From the NCBI GenBank assembly GCA_951406725.2, contig OX597814.1, forward strand, positions 214,024,001 to 214,088,000: DNA of 64,000 nucleotides. Direction: 5' to 3'. This DNA comes from Octopus vulgaris. Its lineage: Eukaryota. A program made the translations under genes and the position numbers. Below are positions 25,227-37,300 of this stretch, piece after piece. Every line of letters starts with the position of its first letter. Positions within the stretch are counted from its first letter, which is position 1. Below the pieces are notes generated by a model. The model was not told the origin of the DNA, made no database searches, and saw nothing but the letters and a program-made list of their open reading frames with translations.

Positions 25227-26519
25227 TTTGGTTGTTCCGAAAATAATGGCTGCTCTAAGCGTTGTTTTGAAACGCAATTTTATCATAGTATTTTAATTAT
25301 ATTTTAGGTGAATTTCGACATACTTCATAATTTATGTATGCTCTTTAATAATGTTTTTACTTATTTCAAACAGAAAATATTCTTGAAGCATAGGCGCCCT
25401 TAATTATGAACATGACAAAAAAGAACCTTCACTTACTTTTCTTGTATGAGTTCAAGTTTGGGCACAATGCCTCCCAAACTGCTGCCAATATCAACAGAAC
25501 ATGGGGAGATTGGTCCACAAGTGATCGCACAGTATCAAGGTGGTTTCAGAAATTCCGTAGTGGTGATGAGAGCCTTGAAGATGAAGAAGGTATAGGACGG
25601 TCATGCAGTGTTGACAACGAACAACTGAAAGCAATTGTTGAACAAAACCAACATCAAAGTTTCAGAGAAATGGTTCAGGCACGTGGTGTTGGTATTGCAA
25701 CGGTCTCACACAATCTGCAGAAGATTGGTAAGGTGAAAAAGTTCGATAAATGGGTACTGCATGAGCTCAATGAATATCAAAAAGTTCGGCGTTTTGAAGT
25801 GTGCTCGATACTCTTTCTACGAAACACCAATGATCCTTTTCCTGACCGAATAGTCACTTGTGACGAAAAGTGGATCCTTTATGATAAACGTAAACGATTA
25901 GGTCAACGGCTTGATTGTGATGAGTCCCCCAAATATTTCCAAAAGCCAAAGTTGCATCAGCAAAGGATTATGGTGACTGTCTGGTGGTCTGCAATTGGTG
26001 CTGTCCATTACAGTTTTCTGGAAGCCAATCAGAGCATTACAGCAGAGGTTTACTGCAATCAACTAGCTGAAATGCATGCTCACTTGCAAAAAATGAGACC
26101 TGCATTGGTGAATCGACGTGGCCCAATTCTGCTCCACGATAAAGCAAAGCCACATGTTGCAAGAATGATGCTGCAGAAACTCACAGACTTGGGACACGAG
26201 ACTTTACCTTTACCACATCCTCCATATTCTCCTGGTCTTTCACCCTCTGACCACCATTTTTTAAGCATTTAAACATGCTCTTTCAAGTGATAAAACTTTC
26301 AGGTTCAAAGCAGAGGTGGAATCAGCTTTCAAAGAATTCTTAGCATCGAAGCCCCAATAAGTTTTTTATCAACGAGGCATAAATAATCTCGTTGATCGAT
26401 GGCAGAGATGCATAGATGTTCACGGTTCATACTTTGACTAATCAAAACATTTCTATTGTTAATTTTTCCAGAATAAAATTGTGTTTCTGAAATCGGCCAT
26501 CATTTTCGGAACAACCTAA
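25227..26519 (+). mobile_element. Full-length mariner (DD34D) transposon, 1293 bp
   Basis: TA-flanked TIRs TTTGGTTGTTCCGAAAATAATGGC / GCCATCATTTTCGGAACAACCTAA; transposase inside. Confidence 0.93.
25406..26441 (+). pseudogene. Mariner (Mos1/SETMAR-type) transposase pseudogene
   Basis: HTH, WVLHEL, IVTCDEKW, HDKAKPH, PPYSPGLSPSD; stop at 26272, remainder (RGINNLVDRWQRCIDVHGSYFD*) disrupted. Confidence 0.9.
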
Positions 26520-26859
26520 TACCAGATCGTCTTTTATAACTATTTTTCCTGGAATTGCAAATTTGCATGTGCTTTGCATCATTCTGACTGATTCGTTCAC
26601 AGTATTTTAACGGATCTAAAAACTATTTTCTTTCGAAGATATTTTTTTTTTAATACTTATGACAAATGTATTGCACGCTCGGATTGAAACAATGATTCCA
26701 CCATCCTCCTTGTGACAAACTTTTGAAGTTAACACAACTATTTGGGTCCCAGTTCAAAATACCTTTCCACAACAAGTTTGTGGTATGGTTGAACACTCAA
26801 AGTTTTCCTCGGCATTTGTGCCGTCTGATGTATCAGTCATTCTCTATTTTCAAGACATA

Positions 26860-27325
26860 CGAAATGCGTTCAAAAAGTATCTGATTTTATTTTTTCCCGC
26901 CAAAGTAATGCCGCGTAACCCTTTGGGCGGGAGGTGTCACCAGTCTTCCTGTGAATGCGTAAAAAACTTTCGCGCTTGCAGGCCACGTCAGTTCCTGGCT
27001 GTAATGCGCGCTCGTCGGATTTTTCTTTTCACCGAACGCATCGAGCAGAGATATTGCATCAAGTTTTCCAAAAAGCCTGATGATACTCAAGTTCAAAGCA
27101 GCTAGAAGATTTAGCATGTCTTTAGCAGCGATGATGTCATATCGAGGAATGGTATAATCGCTTTAAAACATAGCCACACCTCATTGGAGAGCGAAGCATG
27201 CACAGGTAGGCCATCCGATTGAGAAGGTTCGGCGAATAATCATGGAAGACCGTCGTGTAACAATTCAAGAAATTGCTCACAATGTGGAAATAAGCACAGA
27301 ATCAGAGCATTCTATTTTAACAGAT
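26860..27325 (+). mobile_element. 5' fragment of another mariner
   Basis: TA-CGAAATGCGTTCAAAAAGT end; peptides IEQRYCIKF and EDRRVTIQEIA. Confidence 0.65.
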
Positions 27326-27464
27326 AAACATATAAGCATACCTACCAATCTACATACATACATGTCGGAGTAAGAAAGAAACGAGGAAGGTACCAGATAG
27401 TCATGCGATGTGCTAGAAGCAACAACTAAATTTCCTTTAAATCACACACTTTTCTTTTAAAAAT

Positions 27465-27515
<51 letters not shown>

Positions 27516-27765
27516 ATATATTGAAAAGGCGTCATCCATGGTTTTTAAGTACGTAGTGCAAAAGCAATTGGCCAAAATCGGTTCGAAGCGTTGTGGTGAT
27601 GGGGGGGGGAATAAAAAACTCATAGAATTTCAAAACTTTTTTTTATAAAAAGCTACACCCCGTCACTATTTCCAAGGGCGTGGTAATAAAAAAAGAATTA
27701 GAAAAATCCTCTTCGAAGTGGAGAAAATCCAACTTGTGTGGGCGTCCTCATTCGAAACTCCGCTC

Positions 27766-28040
27766 ATACAAGCATACATACATACATACACAAACACATA
27801 TGTGTGTTTGTGTATATGCATGTGTGTGTATGTATGTAAATATGTATGTATGTAGGTAGATAGGTAGGTAGGTAGGTAGGTAAGCAGGTAGGTAGGTAGG
27901 TAGGTATGTAAATATGTATGTATGTAGGTAGATAGGTAGGTAGGTAGGTAGGTAGGTAGGTAGGTAGGTAGGTAGGTAGGTAGGTAGGTAGGTAGGTGTA
28001 TGCATGCAAGGATAGATGGATGGATGAATGGATGGATGCA
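27766..28040. repeat. Compound (ATAC)/(AGGT)/(ATGG) microsatellite
   Basis: Direct reading. Confidence 0.9.
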
Positions 28041-28319
28041 TGAAGGGAGGGAGGAAGGGGGGATGGAAGAATTTTTTTTTCTTTCGTGAATAATTTCTAA
28101 ATTTATGAACTACTAGAATTTATGAGTATATAAACAAATTGATTGCTTTGTTTCTTTGGGATTGCTCAAGTGATGTCCCTGCCTTTGAGATCCCAAGCAG
28201 GGTTGAAAGTTATTCACCATTTTTTTAGACTACGGAGAAATACGTGAATTTTTCATGTTTGTATGTCTGCTACGTAAGTTTATACACACATACAATGATA
28301 TATATATATACATACCTAC

Positions 28320-28373
<54 letters not shown>

Positions 28374-28439
28374 AGAGTTTCAGTAAATTGCACTTCTCTC
28401 CGACTCTGAGAAAAGTGATGGCCTCTTTCCTTGGATGGT

Positions 28440-29340
28440 ATTTACTGGGCTAAATGTCTATCGATATCCACCACCACCACCACCAACACCCTCTGCAACC
28501 ACCTTGTGTACCTGGTCATGTCGTCAGCAGTAGCAGCCATCGGTTAAGGCTGTAGAGCAGCTACTGAAAGGATGTTGAAGGAACCTTCTTTCAGTACAAA
28601 AGTGACAAAGTAGTACCTCACACTTTCCCTACATGTGAAGATTTGTTGGACTTGGTAAAGGGTTATAGACAGCCTAGATGAGAAATCTGATGCACTGGAT
28701 GCCAGCCCGCGAGAGATCTCACCTGCATATTGACCTACCTTCAGGCTCCTTGTTGGCAGATTCCCACGAACCTGCTAGCCCTTGCTTCTACTAGGCGTGA
28801 ACGAACTTATTCTTTGAGGAGCCCTCTACCATAACCGTTGCTCTGCCACCTGCAACTGTTTAGCAGCACTCCACTTCCCACCTGTGCGGACTTCAATGTC
28901 ATCTTCTGCTACTTTGGTGTCCTTAGAATCTCTGTACTTCAGGATTTCTTTCGTTTTTGATACTACAAACTCCTCTGACCGGCCGCTGAACTGTAGTCGC
29001 AAGCTGTTGGTTGACCCCTGATCTGTCACTTCAGAGTTACATCCTATAATGATAGGGACCACAAAGTTCTGAGCAGGATGACATACTGGTGCACCTAAAC
29101 TTGGAAGCGACCAGGCAATCTAGTGTTATCAACCTTAATGATTCATCGAGTTCTCAAAGTTTTTGCTGGTTCTGTAAATAGAAACTGTCCTTCGGGCTGC
29201 TGTCAGAGGGTTTCTCCTAACTCTTGACTGGTTGTTCTGTTGAAGTTAGGTTGGCAGAGTCAAACGCGAAACTTTTCCACCACTTCCTTTTTTTTTTTTT
29301 TACAGTGCAAGAGGCCTTGACTTTGATGATTTGAAGCTTA
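28440..29340 (-). mobile_element. Decayed HERO-like non-LTR retrotransposon fragment
   Basis: Minus-strand LPGRFQ, EEFVVSKTKEILKYRDSKD...EVRTGGKWSA...AEQRL and RHDQV (after the CCHC region). Confidence 0.65.
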
Positions 29341-29387
29341 TCCTATATCCCTATATGAGCATGTGTATGTAATACTAATGTGCGTTG

Positions 29388-29447
<60 letters not shown>

Positions 29448-29469
29448 CACACAGAAACACACACATATA

Positions 29470-29649
29470 TATATATTACGGAGATGTACTTGCATAGCGA
29501 GTAACTTGATCTGAGATCGTGTGCTGGAACGAAAACAATTGCAGCGTGGAAGGTGTTTATAAGCCATTTAAGAAAAACAGAAATCTTTGACAAATTAAAT
29601 TCAAATGTTGAAGTGGATCTAACGGTTTTTGCGTGTTTCTTAAATGGCT

Positions 29650-29691
<42 letters not shown>

Positions 29692-29875
29692 ATCCAAACA
29701 TGAACAGAGAGAAAACACAACAACGCGAGGACGTGGGACAAGTATAGTGTTATTGGACGCTCAGGAAAGAAAGAAAGAAGGATTTAACGTTTCGAGCGGA
29801 GCTCTTCGTCAGAAACATAGAAAAATAAGTCCAAGGAGAAAGAAAATCGCCAACGATACACACGCGGTCACATAT
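29470..29875 (-). mobile_element. Penelope-like terminal-repeat remnant with hammerhead-like core
   Basis: CTGACGAAGAGCTCCGCTCGAAACGTTA on -, embedded between (TA)n tracts. Confidence 0.5.
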
Positions 29876-30024
29876 TAAAATGGTTCCAACAATGAAGACA
29901 CAAGATTAAAGGATTAGTAGGTATGAGAAACGAGGCAATGATGGGAGAAAAGTGGGTGGTTGAAGTTTGAGAGAAGTAGAAGAGCAATGATGAAAATGTG
30001 ACAGTGCTTGGGGAGCATTTCAAA

Positions 30025-30060
<36 letters not shown>

Positions 30061-30063
<3 letters not shown>

Positions 30064-30232
30064 CGGAGGCGAGGCTGTGTGGTAAGAGGCTTGCTCCCAA
30101 CCACATGGCTCCGGGTTCAGTACCACAGCGTGCCACCTTGGGCAAGTGTCTTCTACTATAGCATCGGGTCGACCAAAGTTTTGTGAGTGGATTTGGTAAA
30201 GGGAAACTGAAAGAAGCCCGTCGTATATGTGT

Positions 30233-30264
<32 letters not shown>

Positions 30265-30930
30265 ACTTATGCGTGTGTTTGTTCGTGTCTGTGTTTGACC
30301 CCCACCAACACCATCGACTGACAACCGATGTGGTGTGTTTTCCTCCCTGTAAATTTAGCGGTTCGGCAAAATCCCCGATAGAATAAGTACTAGGCTTACA
30401 AAGAATAAGTTCTGGGATCTTTTCGGTTTGAACGGCAGTTTTTTTTTAATAATTTCCACGTAACTAAACACTTTTAAACTTCGTATACTGGTAGAATGTG
30501 TTTATAAAACATCTTTTTCTCTTGGATTTATTGAGAAAATTCCATAGTTTGTAATATATTTGTTGTGTTTTTTTTTCTTCAATTTCTACCAATTAATGAC
30601 GTCTATTGAGTTGAAAACATTCTGTGCCATATGAATATGTCCCTCGTTTAAGAAACAGATTGGGTTTATTTACATTTCTGAAGAAAAAAAGATACCCTTC
30701 CCCCCACCCCTAATCCTAACTAACCTTAACCCTAAAACAGATTGAAATGCAATAGATCGATACTAGGGTCATAAAATTATGGGTGACAATTTCATATGAC
30801 ACCGCTAGAAAAAACTGCCGTTCAAACCGAAAAGATCCAAGTTCTGGGGTCGATTTCTTCGAATAGCAGCATTTAAGGTGGTGCTCCAGCATGGTTGCAG
30901 TCAAATGACTGAAACAAATATAAGAATAAA
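30061..30930 (+). mobile_element. SINE family A interrupted by a Merlin-like MITE
   Basis: Head at 30061; tail resumes after 30846. Confidence 0.85.
30415..30838. mobile_element. Merlin-like MITE (inverse copy of 11689-12086)
   Basis: TIRs GGATCTTTTCGGTTTGAACGGCAG / CTGCCGTTCAAACCGAAAAGATCC; perfect 8-bp TSD AAGTTCTG. Confidence 0.8.
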
Positions 30931-31183
30931 AGAATATATGAATATGTACGTACATCAAATGACAGTCATTCAAAGGGCAACTACTTAGCCAAGAACAGAA
31001 ATAAAGACTCTCAAAAACACAATGGTCTACAGTGGTCATAAAAAACAGTTAACAATGTAGATAGCATAGAATATGCTCGTGTGTCGTAAAAAGTCTATTT
31101 TGCAGTTTTATAGCAGACGCTTTCTGCTTGAAGAAAGGTTAAAAACCACAAAGAATTCGTCTGTTTTTCATCTGAATTTATTA

Positions 31184-31216
31184 AGTTACCTCCCTTGGAT
31201 TTATCTTTTTCGCGCG
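31184..31216 (+). promoter_or_regulatory. RFC2 proximal promoter/5' UTR: AGTTACCTCCCTT motif and E2F-like site TTTCGCGC
   Basis: TTTCGCGC at 31208-31215 matches the E2F consensus TTTSSCGC, 19 nt before the ATG of a replication gene. Confidence 0.55.
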
Positions 31217-31233
31217 TTAATCAAGTTGTAAAT

Positions 31234-31319
31234 ATGGCGGGCGAAGAAGAAATGATTGTTGACCCTCCTGAGAGGAATACGACTCAGCCCAAAAAATCTG
31301 GTGGTTTCGAGTTACCATG
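31234..31319 (+). CDS. RFC2: RFC2 exon 1 ([29 protein letters not shown])
   Basis: AATATGGCG start context; donor TG|GTAAGT. Confidence 0.9.
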
Positions 31320-34300
31320 GTAAGTTACAGCTCATTGTTATTCTTGTTACTTTATTTTAAAATATTTAATACTATATTTGGTTGATAGATTTGATTGAAA
31401 AGGCATCGATACGTATTGTTTTGCTTTAAGTTCTTTACTCTCAATCAACAGGATTCGTTTCTAGGAAATGTTTTGTATATAAATTTAACATACGAATTCT
31501 TCGTGTATTATCTACAGATACTTGCAGTAGTACTGATGTCATATAAGGGTATAACTACAGATTTAGAAGAGAACAAATATGAGATTAGGGATTTAATTCT
31601 ATCTTCAATCTTCTCGTAAATTTTTCTTTCTTGATCGGCGAATAATTTATTTTTTGGAAAATAATTGATAAATAATATCTTTATATTAGCCATCTGTTGC
31701 TCCAATATAAGGTCTGGAATCGTTTTAGATTAAATAAAGCTTTAGATTCGCTGCAAAGTTAGGAGTTTAGTAAATTACTTGTCCAGTATAGGCGCAGGAG
31801 TGGCTGTGTGGTAAGTAGCTTGTTTACCAACCACATGGTTCCGGGTTCAGTCCCACTGCGTGGCATCTTGGGCAAGTGTCTTCTGCTATAGCCCCGGGCC
31901 GACCAATGCCTTGTGAGTGGATTTGGTAGACAGAAACTGAAAGAAGCCTGTCGTATATATGTATATATATATGTTTGTGTGTCTGTGTTTGTCCCCCTAG
32001 CATTGCCTGACAACCGATGCTGGTGTGTTTACGTCCCCGTCACTTAGCGGTTCGGGAAAAGAGACCGATAGAATAAGTACTGGGCTTACAAAAAGAATAA
32101 GTCCCTGGGTCGATCTGCTCGACTAAAGGCGGTGCTCCAGCATGGCCGCAGTCAAATGACTGAAACAAGTAAAAGAGTAAAGAGTATCAGTGTTTTGTTT
32201 CCGTTCTGTTATGTACTTCAGAATTAGCTACGACCACAAATACGTTTTAATATGCAAATTGATATATCCAATTTACTTCTGTAATTAGTTGGTTTAATCG
32301 CGGAGAACAGTTAAAGAGGCTTTTTTTATCGACGTCTATTAAATACAGTGTTGCATACAAAATCTCGTTATATTCAGGATACTACTTAAGAAGAGTGGTC
32401 CCGGTGCCCGTACTCGCGCATCCGCGAGCTAGCTAGTCATGACTAGTCGATCCTACAACGACTACCTAGCAAAGTAAATAAAACACAAAATAAATAATTT
32501 TGTACGCGAGTGCGCGCACCGGGACCACTCTTCTTAAGTAGTACCTATATTCAGTGGTACGTAATAACATTAGGTTACGCTTTTTGAGTACTGAACTTCT
32601 GAAGCCAAACTTGCTAAAAAAATTTTTTTTTAAACTGTAAAGTGTCTGTATTCCCCTGTAGAATTTCTACTCACTTTTTTTGGTTTCTTGCACTGTTAAA
32701 ATAAGGAGTAGCAGTGGCAAATTTCAGGAAGCATGAAATTTTTTAAGGATGCATAACAGCCAAGAACTGCCATGGGTAATTTATTCAATACTTCAACAAT
32801 TCTGAGTGTGAAAAGAATGTTTCTGAAAGTCATGGATGCTGCACTGTTTTCTGATTATCCACTGATAATATTGAATTCAAGAAGATGGTCTGAATTGCTA
32901 TCAGCAGATTGTGTCTGGATATTTAAAAGCAAAGGTGGTCCCAAAATATTTAATTCACAAGTTTTTGTTTACCCTTACAAGATCACCTAAATAATTATAA
33001 CTGAAAAATTCCTTCAAATCATCATCATCATGCTTTAGGGTCCGCTTTCCATGCTAGCATGGGTTGGACGGTTCAACTGGGGTCTGGGAAGCCAGAAGGC
33101 TGCATCGGCCCAGTCTGATCTGGCAGTGTTTCTACGGCTGGATGCCCTTCCTAACACCAACCACTCCGTGAGTGTAGTGGGTGCTTTTTACGTGCCGAAT
33201 TCTTGCTTTTCAAATTTAATTGAAGTGTATGTTTATCAATGTCCTTATCAGAAATATAGATTCATTCATATTTGTATCTTACTTTATACACTAACAATAA
33301 CATTCTTCTTCTTTGTTTAGGGTTGAGAAGTATCGTCCAATTCTGCTGAAAGATATCATCGGAAATGAAGAAACTGTAACCCGTCTTGAAATTTTTGCCA
33401 AAGAAGGCAATGTTCCTAATGTTATAATAGCAGTAAGTTTAAACATTTTACAAACAATCAATTATTATGCTATTATTTTCAATATCTTTTTATTGTATAT
33501 TATACATCCCTGTCATTATGCTACCAAAGTTAATTAGATCAGCCAACATTTAAGAAAAGACTTTTGACCTTAGTTTCATAAAGAGAGTTATGGATCATCA
33601 GAATCATTAGAGCATTTAACTGAACACCTGGTGGAACTTAGTCAAAGTCCTTTGTATTCTGAACTCAAGTCAATAAAATGAAGTACTTGTAAAGTACTGG
33701 GATCTATTTAACCCTTTCATTACCAACCCGGCTGAAACCGGCTCTGGCTCTGAGTACAAATGTCTTGTTTTCATAAGTTTTAAATTAAAATCTTCCACCA
33801 AACCTTAGTCACGATTTATGTTCTTAAGACTAGCTGAATGATAACTAAGTTATTTTACTAAATTCTTTGTTATCATCATCATCATCGTTTAACGTCCGTT
33901 CTCCATGCTAGCATGGGTTGGACGGTTCGACCAGAGATCTGGGAAGCCAGAAGGCTGCACCAGGCTCCAGTCTTATCTGGCAATGTTTCTACAGCTGCAT
34001 GCCCTTCCTAATGCCAACCACTCCGTGAGTGTAGTGGGTGTTTTTTACGTGCCACCGGCACAGGTGCCAGGCGAGGCTGGCAACGGCCACGGTCGGATTG
34101 GTGCATTTTACGTGCCACCGGCACGGAAACCAGTCGAGGCGGCACTGGCTTCGTTATATTTAAAGTAATTGAAAGAAACACAGAGCAACTCAAAATAAAT
34201 GCAGTAACGAAAGGGTTAATCAGCTGTCCTGTCACTCCCAAAACTATTGCTTTTTACCAGTGTTTGAAATTGTTAGTTTCATAAGAAACGTATTTTTGTT

Positions 34301-37300
34301 GTTCCCTGCTAGTGTATTTATGGTAATTTTCATTTGTTGATTTCAGGGTCCTCCAGGAACAGGAAAAACCACAAGTATCCTCTGCCTGGCACGAGCTCTG
34401 CTTGGATCATCATTTAAAGATGCTGTTTTAGAACTTAATGCCTCTAATGACAGGTTTGAAATGAACAGATATTCCCATTCTAGTGTCTAGATCAGTGCTT
34501 TTCAAACTTTTTGCTGAAGCGGAACCCCAAGGAAACATTCCACTGGCTCGAGGAACCCCTGTGCAATAATTTAATAGTCTTATACACACATATCTGCACA
34601 GGAGAATTAAAAATTACTGCCGATTTTAGCAGTTTTGTAACTTCTTGAGGAACCCCTAGACTGTACTGGCAGAACCCTGGTTGAAAACCACTGGTCTAGA
34701 TTGAGTGCAAGTGACAAATATGTGTGGAAGGTGAAGAGGAATGAAGGGCGGTTTCGTTTCCATAGTATGTGTTGTTCATCATTATCATCATCATCATCAT
34801 TGTTTAATGTCCATTTTCCATGCTGGCATGGGTTATAAATGAAAATGAGTCGTTAATGTACAGAAGGAAGAATTGAAAAGATATAAGTCTGCTTTGGGGT
34901 ACTTCAGAGTTGAAGGAATGTGAGTTGAGTAGAATACCATTTAAGTGGGCTACGGGAACAATGTGACAAGAGACTGCTGACCCAAGAAATGAGAGGCAGT
35001 TGTTGCCCATAGGTGGGTACCAAGAGCATGAAATTGCTAGAGTATGATTGAATGATTTGGTGCTAGTGATTTAGTATAGTTGACTGTACGTTGAACCTGT
35101 TTTAGTGATAGTGCTTTTTGGCACTACAAGCAAACACACACACACACACATGCATCTGCAGAAATATATGCATACAAAGAGAGAGAGGAGAGAAAAACAT
35201 AAAAATGTATTAAATGACCCTTATTTCTACAAACACTTCACTTCACATATGCATCATGAAAAAACAAATAGAGAACTTGTTTGTAGCAATTGGGCTTATT
35301 TATTACATCTTAATGTTTAACTCTTTCTCCAGTTCTACTCACAATGCTAAAATTTAAATTCACTGTCCATTCTTTGTCAAAAAATTTACAGAAATCCATT
35401 ATGAAAATTTTTTTCTTTTCCATATTTCCTCAATATTTCAATAACTATCATATACACAAAGTGAAGCAGAAAGTTAAAGGAAATTTAGTAGTTATTTCAA
35501 GTAGAATAAAAATAAAATTTATGTGATGCCAAAAGGTCCTTGGAACTTAGTGTCTAATATCAAATAAATCAATGTTGAAAACGATTTATTGTTTTACTTG
35601 TTAAAATTATTAAACTGCAGACATACTGGGGCACCATCTTGAAGAATTTTGGTCGAATGAATCAACCCTAGTACTCATTATACCAAATGAAAGTTGCAGT
35701 AAGAATGATACCAAATGAAAGTTTCAGTAAGAAAAGCATATTGTGTATGGTGATGATATATACACACATGCGATATATACACACGTGATATATACACACA
35801 TGTGTGTTGTCATTTAATGTTTGGTAGAGATAAAAAAAAACACCACTTGAGCATGGCCATTGCCAGTACCGCCTGACTGGCCCTCGTGCCGGTGGCACGT
35901 AAAAGCACCCACTACACTCTCAGAGTGGTTGGCATTAGGAAGGGCATCTAGCTGTAGAAACTCTGCCAGATCAGATTGGAGCTTGGTACAGCCATTTGGT
36001 TTGCCACTCCTCAGTCAAATCATCCAACCCATGCTAGCATGGAAAGCAGACGTTAAACAATGATGATGATACACAACAGGCCTCTCTTAGTTTCCATCTA
36101 CCTAATCCATTCACAAGGCTTTGGTCAGCCCAAGGCTATAGTAGAAGACATATGCCCAAGGAGTCACATAGTAGGACTGAACTTAGAACCATGTGATTTG
36201 GAAGCAAGCTTCTTACCACACAGCCACTCCTCTAACCAAAAAAATAAACCATTCCTGTCATGCAAGCATACAAAATGATGTATGTGAAATCATAATAACA
36301 CAGTTTAAGACCAATATGGTTTGTGTTTGTGTGTTTATTTATTTATATGCATATATTCTAAATATCCCTTTTTTTGTCTTTTTCTTTAAGGGGTATTGAT
36401 GTTGTTCGCAACAAAATAAAGATGTTTGCTCAACAGAAAGTAACTTTACCAAAGGGAAGACACAAGATAATTATTTTGGATGAAGCAGACAGGTAAATAA
36501 TCTTTGTCATTAAAAAAAATATTTGCATCTCTCACTTCTTTATTTTATTGAAATCTTATCTCCTCATTGTTTTCATAACCGTCATCTCCCTTGGCAACAT
36601 CATGATCTATTTTTCCCTATCAAGATATGATAGACATTACTCATTGGTTTCTTTGATGTCTGTTGCTTTTATCCTGGTGTAGCTGTGTATCTCCTCTACA
36701 GCAAGATACCTGTTTCTGTCTGTCTGTCTATCACATTTTAGCCTCATCACCTGGCACACAGTGTCCCCAAAGTCCATCCCCTCCTCACCGTGGTGGGGAC
36801 GCTGGCAATGGGTAGTGTCATTGCTATGCCGTCGGGAACTTCGGTTTCTGGTAGAGCCACCCAAGGCGGATTGGTCTGACACCGAGTGGTATTAGGGCCA
36901 CAACCCGGCAGACGGGGCTCAGATGAAAATCCTCGGAGTGTCTGTTTCGGCAACCGGCGGCTCCTCAGTCGTTCTGTCCCTGCATCTGTGGACCATCTGC
37001 GGCAAACAGGATGTCTCAGCATGCGGGATTGTTGGGGCCCACTTGTGAAATCCACATATTCCCACGAAACTTCTTACGGTAGTAGAAGCCGACTCAACCC
37101 GCCCAGGGTGAATGTCGCCACAAGTACAAATAAGTACGCAGCTACCTCCCCAAATACTACAACTCCTCAGTTAAAGAGTCTTGTCTTGTAAGTTACACCT
37201 TAATAGCATCCAGTACATTCTATAAAGTGGCTGGCATTAGGAGGTGCATCCAGCTGTAGAAACCATGCCAAAACAAACAGTTGAGCTTGGCACAGTTCTC

